Of a stretch of DNA of 39,633 bases, positions 34,290-39,633 are shown piece after piece. The notes below the pieces were generated by a model. It saw only the letters and a list, made by a program, of their open reading frames with translations, was not told where the DNA came from and made no database searches. Within the stretch, counting starts at the first letter, position 1; each line of letters opens with the position of its first letter. The translations under genes and the position numbers were made by a program. Source of the stretch: Priapulus caudatus (lineage: Eukaryota). The stretch spans positions 592,188 through 631,820 of the forward strand of contig NW_014577078.1 of the NCBI RefSeq assembly GCF_000485595.1, given 5' to 3'.

Positions 34290-34975
34290 GCCGTCCTGTC
34301 TCCCTCACCTCGTCTCTGTCCTCCAAGTACTGTCCCCTCACCTGTCGCTCCACACGCTCACCTAGTCCCTCACCTGTTCCACGGCGTCATCTGTCTACCT
34401 GCTCGGCACACTTACCTATCCCCTCACCTGTCCCACACGTACGCTGTCCTCCTCACTGCCTCCCTCGTTGACATATCGTACCTGCTCCCCTCCCGTACCC
34501 TGTCCTCCCTCACTCCGTCCCACAGTTACCTGTCCCTCACCTGTCCTTACCACGTGTATCTGTCCCCTCACCTGCTCCCTCACCCTGTCCCCACACGTAC
34601 CTGTCCCCTCGTACCTGTCCCCTCACCTGTCCCACACGACCTTTCCCTCACCCTGTTCCTCCACGTACGTGTCCCCTCACCTGTCCACACGTACCTGTCC
34701 CTCTCTACGCTATACCACATGTCCCTGTCCTCTCATCCTCTTCCCAAAAACTGTCTACCTTGCTCTCCCCTCCCTGTCCCTACTCGTACCTCCCCTCACC
34801 TGTTCCCACACGTACCTGTCCCTCACCCTGATCCACTCACCTGTCCACACGTACCTGTTCCCTCAATCCCTGTCCTCACTGATACCCTGGTCTCCTCACC
34901 CTTGCTCCCAATCGTACCTAATTCCTCCCCACCATGTCTCCAACACGTCCCCTGCTCCCCACCCCCTGTCTCCAC
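34290..34975. repeat. Minisatellite of ~27-bp unit CCTGTCCCCTCACCTGTCCCACACGTA
   Basis: Direct reading; copies are noisy. Confidence 0.85.
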
Positions 34976-35070
34976 AACCAGTTAGGTCAAAGGACCTTTT
35001 TTATCCTGAATTGTAAATTAGGCCCCGTTGTTAAATTGCTCCTAATCTGTTCTGTTCCATTTTTAAATGA

Positions 35071-35107
35071 TCCTCTCTCTCTCTCATCTCTCTCTTCTCT
35101 CCTCTCG

Positions 35108-35139
<32 letters not shown>

Positions 35140-35178
35140 TTCTCTCTCTCATCTCTCTCATCCTCATTCTCATTCTCT

Positions 35179-35258
<80 letters not shown>

Positions 35259-35286
35259 CTCTCTTCATCTCTCTCGTATCTCATCT

Positions 35287-35343
<57 letters not shown>

Positions 35344-35347
35344 CTCT

Positions 35348-35419
<72 letters not shown>

Positions 35420-35506
35420 TCTCTTCTCTCTCTCCTCTCCCNNNNNNNNNNNNNNNNNNNNNNNNNCTCTCTCTCTCTCTCGTCTCCTTCTTTGTGCTTT
35501 CTCTTT

Positions 35507-35570
<64 letters not shown>

Positions 35571-36064
35571 CTCTCGCCTCTCTCGCTCTCTCGCTTCCCT
35601 CGCTTCTCTCTCTCTTCTCTCTCTCTCTTCTCTCTCTCTCTCTCGCTCTCTCGCTCTCTCTGTCTCTCTGTTCTCTGTCTCTCTGTCTCTCTGTCTCTCT
35701 CTCTCTCTTCGTGTCTTTCTGTTCTTTCTGTCTCTCGTGTCTCTTCTGTCTCTCCTGTTGTCTCTGTGTTCCTCTCTCTCTCTCTCGTTCTCTCCTCCTC
35801 TCTCATCTCTCTCTCTCTCTCGCCGCTCCTCTCTCCCCCGTCTCGTTCCTCGCGCGCGCTCTTTCTCATCTCTCTCTTCTCTCCTCTCTCTCTCTCTCTC
35901 TCCTGCTTCTGCTGCTCTCTCTCTCTCTTTCTCTGCCTCATCTCATCCTCTCTCTCTCTCTCTCCTCTCTCTCTCTCCTCGTCTCTCTCTTCTCATCTCT
36001 CTCTCTCTCTCTCTCTTCTCGCTTCTCCTCTCTTCATCTCTCTCGTACTCTCATCTCTCTCTCG

Positions 36065-36113
<49 letters not shown>

Positions 36114-36227
36114 CTCCTTCGCTCTTCCTCTCTCTCTCCTCTCTCTCTCTCTCTCTGGCTCTCTCTCTCTCTCTCTCTCTCCTCCTCTCTCTCTCTCTCT
36201 CTTCTCTCTCTCTCGTCTCCTCTCTCC

Positions 36228-36263
<36 letters not shown>

Positions 36264-36398
36264 GCGCTCTCTCTCCGCTCTTCTCTTCGCTCTCTCTCTC
36301 TGCTCTTTATCGTTCCTCAGGCTCTCTGCTCTTCTCCTCTATCCGTTCCTCTCTCCTCGATTCGCGCTATCTCGCATCTCCGATCTCCTCTCGGCGCT

Positions 36399-36437
<39 letters not shown>

Positions 36438-36802
36438 CTCTCTCTCCCTCTCTCTCTCCTCTCTCTTTCTCTCTCTCTCTCTCGCTCTTCTCTCTCTCTC
36501 TCTAGCTCTCTCTCTCTCTCTCTCTCGGCTAGCTCTCGCTCTCTTCGCTCTCTCGCTCTCCGCATCTCTCGCTCTCATCGTGTGTGTCGGCGTCTCTCTG
36601 TCGTTCTCTGTCTCTCTGTCTCTCTGTCTCCTCTGTCTCATCTGTCTCTCTGTGCTCTCTCTCTCTCTCCGTCTCGTCTCCTGTCTCTACTGTCTCTCTG
36701 TCCTCTCTGTCTTTTCGGTCTTTGCTCTGTCTTTTCTGTCTTTCCCTGTCTTTCTGCTCTCTCTGTCTCTCTGTCTTCTGCTCTCTCTGTATCTCTGTCT
36801 CT

Positions 36803-36836
<34 letters not shown>
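35071..36836. repeat. (CT)n tract spanning a 25-N assembly gap (35442-35466)
   Basis: Direct reading. Confidence 0.95.
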
Positions 36837-36839
<3 letters not shown>

Positions 36840-36844
36840 CACTC

Positions 36845-36851
36845 TACTAAC
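36845..36851 (+). promoter_or_regulatory. Consensus branch point TACTAAC of the last SPATA1 intron
   Basis: Exact TACTAAC about 20 nt upstream of the tgtgcag| acceptor at 36870. Confidence 0.75.
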
Positions 36852-36870
36852 GACATTCGCCTATGTGCAG

Positions 36871-37026
36871 CTGCGACACCAGGCGGAGACAGAACTGAAG
36901 TCCCTGCGGATGGAGTTGTCCGACAAGAAGGTCAGCGTGACCTTGACCAAGTCGCAGCAGCTCAGCGCGCTCGGCAGCTCGGAGAACGTCTACCTGTCGC
37001 AGCAGACGCACGAGGCGCCGAACTGA
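36871..37026 (+). CDS. SPATA1: SPATA1 homolog terminal coding exon (LRHQAETELKSLRMELSDKKVSVTLTKSQQ...HEAPN*)
   Basis: Phase 0 acceptor continues ...TAEVK|LRHQAETELKSLRMELSDKK, matching SPATA1 EVK-MRKQAVSDLRTLKAELAQKK; TGA at 37024-37026. Confidence 0.92.
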   Translation: MRHQAETELKSLRMELSDKKVSVTLTKSQQLSALGSSENVYLSQQTHEAPN

Positions 37027-37554
37027 TGTCCCGTGCTGCCATCTTTCGGGACGAAACGTAATACTTCGGTGCTACATGCGGCGCTATGCGTCTAGGTGCG
37101 TGTAAGACAACGCCGCGTTCCGTGCTTGAGCTTTTTTCCGACCCGAACGAATTCTGCGTCATGCGACGGAGGCCATGCGTAAGTTGCATGACACTTGCGA
37201 AACGATGGGCTTCAGAGAGATAGATAGTCTCTTTAGACAAATGTTGTGGCTTTTTCTGGTGCCTCCGATCCTAGGTCGAATTGCACTGCGTTTGTGGCGA
37301 ATGAATTCTGGTAATATTTAGGTTGGAATAACTACTGAGGGAGTAAAAGTTTCCCAACTTTTTTGTAAATCGATATTCCACATTTACATACTAGTGTATG
37401 TGGCGCCACTCTTTGCTTGTGGGAAAACATTGACTATAAAAACATTATTATTATCTGTCGTAGTGAATACACACACAGCTGTGTGCGTGTATGTAGACAT
37501 CTAGTGATGATCATGTGCTTGATGTTATGATTCCCTGTAGACGGAGAAATCTAA

Positions 37555-37812
37555 AGCGAGAGAGGAAGAGAGAGAGAGAGAGAGAGAGGGGGAGAGAGAG
37601 AAAGCGTCAGAGACAGTCAGAAAAACAGACAGAGTAAAAAATTAGAGCTAGGGAGAGCGGGGGAGATGGAGTGAGCGCGCGCGAGGGAGAGAAGGGGTAA
37701 AGATGAGGTCGAGAGCGGGAGAGAGAGAAAGCGAGAGAGAGTCGGGAGGGTGCGAGGAAGAGAGAGATAGTATAGTGACAATGAGTGAAGACTGACAGAC
37801 AGACAGACAGAG
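37555..37812. repeat. GA-rich low-complexity tract
   Basis: Direct reading. Confidence 0.85.
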
Positions 37813-39549
37813 ACTAATATATCTTTGATCAACTTGTGATGTTTCTGTTACGGTTGCAACCAGGTGCTTACAGTGTAGAGAGCGCGTCTACACTCTGCTA
37901 TGTCTAAACTCCACTCTACCACCGAACGTAACTTATTCATGTTATTTATGCAATATATATCGTATGTGTTTGGCGCGTGTTATAACACACGTTATTATAA
38001 CTGCGTCGTCCGTCCGGGTATTCAACTAGTATTATATTTATTGTGCATACGTGAGATGGCAACACTAAATGGTAGGACGATTAGATTCTAGCTGTAAAGA
38101 TAAGGTGATTCAAGCGCTAGTGCATGATTCCTGCCTACTGATCCGTCACCATGCAGTGTTCGAAAGGTAATATAACGCTCAAAACGGTTAGTGACAATAA
38201 GATGGCAAGGTTATGTTATATGTTATGTACTATTATGTAGATCGTTACTGTATGTTATGTATATATACATGTATAAATTTTCTAATGCGGCGGTATGATC
38301 ATTCTTACATAAGCTTGTCATTTAGTGTCAATCAAGTCTAATAATATGCATATATACACAACGTATGTATACCAAAGGTTCACCAAAGTAACTGTATTAA
38401 AACGTTATAAGAGATTCTGGACATGCTTTCGTCGTGCACACATTCCTATTCTAATCTCTATATTGTATTCTAGGTCTACAGCAATTTCATAAAAATGTTT
38501 GTCTCTAATCTTATTAGTTGGTTAAATTTCAGTAGGTGACAGGTTTATGCAATTTCGGGTGAAATGACCAGAGTCATGTTTATATGGTTTATGTCACTCG
38601 CACTATGCATCGCAGGCTTTGTATGTGTGTCTGTCTAGGCTATATGTGCTACATCTTCACGTAACCTTCACCTAACACTTCATGACCTCTGATGTCAACT
38701 GGATGAAGCACTTAAATATACTTAGATACACTTACATTAGATATGCCTATTCTTCTCTCCCGCGACTCTGGATCCATTTGCTCTGCATTTTCGGAACTTC
38801 ATCCTTTAATTTTACTTACTTTATTTTCTACACTAGTGCACCTCGCTTCGCTTATCTGCCAATGATGTAAATAGTTTCGAGCGTATAGTAACGAGCGGAT
38901 ACATAGGTCTATGTAGGCCTACTATATGAAATGTTAGGAGCAAGGGGGTGGGTCAGGTGTTATGGTTGGGGTGGGGTGGGGTGCAGTGTTATGTACTCAC
39001 TACTACACAGTACCCAGAGTCACAAAACGCTGTACAGTTCTCTATGTGTCTGTATGTCATATAAAAGTATATACACGTTTATCAATCTAGCTGCTCTATT
39101 ATTGAGTAGTTACGTAAGATAAGGAATTTTATTACGTGCTTGTTTCTGCCAGAATCCGTGAATCGGTTGTCTTAGACTACAGTAATATCTCAGGCTGGCC
39201 TTCTTCTCTAAGGGTAGTTATACGTCTATATATATTATATATATGTTGTTTACATGCATTTTCTTTACGCCTTTTTTGTTATGATTATTACTTGGGTGAT
39301 GTGTAGAACATAAAGCATATCTCCTGCATGCATGCTTATAATACGTAACTATAGGTAAGCGCCTTTGCCAAGTTGTCTAAATTGTTATTGTACATAATCG
39401 TAATATATGCGCGTAAACCATTCGGAACTACTTTTTAAGGAAGTCTATGTAGACGGATTGATGCATGTTAACTCTTAAACGAATTATAGATGAAAAGAAG
39501 TAATATCTGGCTGTTTATGCCCTATAAAACTGAGTGAGAGTGTATACGA

Positions 39550-39578
39550 AAGCGAGCGAGAAAAAGAGGGGAAAGAGG

Positions 39579-39633
<55 letters not shown>
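39550..39633. repeat. (GA)n tract at window end
   Basis: Direct reading. Confidence 0.9.

Noticed and set aside
31408..37061. Long ORFs of 300-660 aa (L/S-rich or E/R-rich)
   Set aside because: These are translations of (CT)n/(GA)n tracts that lack stop codons. Only the last 52 codons of 35494..37026 and the first ~35 of 31408..32418 are considered coding-like.
37027..39633. Polyadenylation signal or downstream gene
   Set aside because: I did not find a convincing canonical AATAAA near the stop codon, and the ORFs here are short and featureless.

Overview
Eukaryotic (invertebrate animal-like) genomic DNA, very rich in repeats. Several tracts have the indel noise typical of raw long-read gap filling, and there is a 25-N gap at 35442-35466. 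The backbone is a + strand spliced gene recognisable as a SPATA1 (spermatogenesis-associated 1) homolog. Nine phase-compatible GT-AG exons (2551-37026) give about 471 aa; the N-terminal exons must lie upstream of the window. Its introns hold an internally deleted pogo-type transposon with an inverted partial duplicate, several MITEs with clear TIRs or TSDs (including a three-level nest), and many micro- and minisatellites. Three things stand out: (i) a ~3 kb array of a 31-bp unit that is an amplified exon/intron boundary (pyrimidine tract-CAG|GTGACG); (ii) a second, same-strand spliced gene model inside the 15.9 kb last SPATA1 intron (coiled coil, acidic region, RTYGR motif, CaRF/ALS2CR8-like segments), which could be a true nested gene, an alternative 3' end or a mis-join; (iii) a fold-back pogo rearrangement with a templated-insertion repair scar. 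I found no prokaryotic system, CRISPR array or RNA gene. Family assignments rest on recalled motifs, not database searches.
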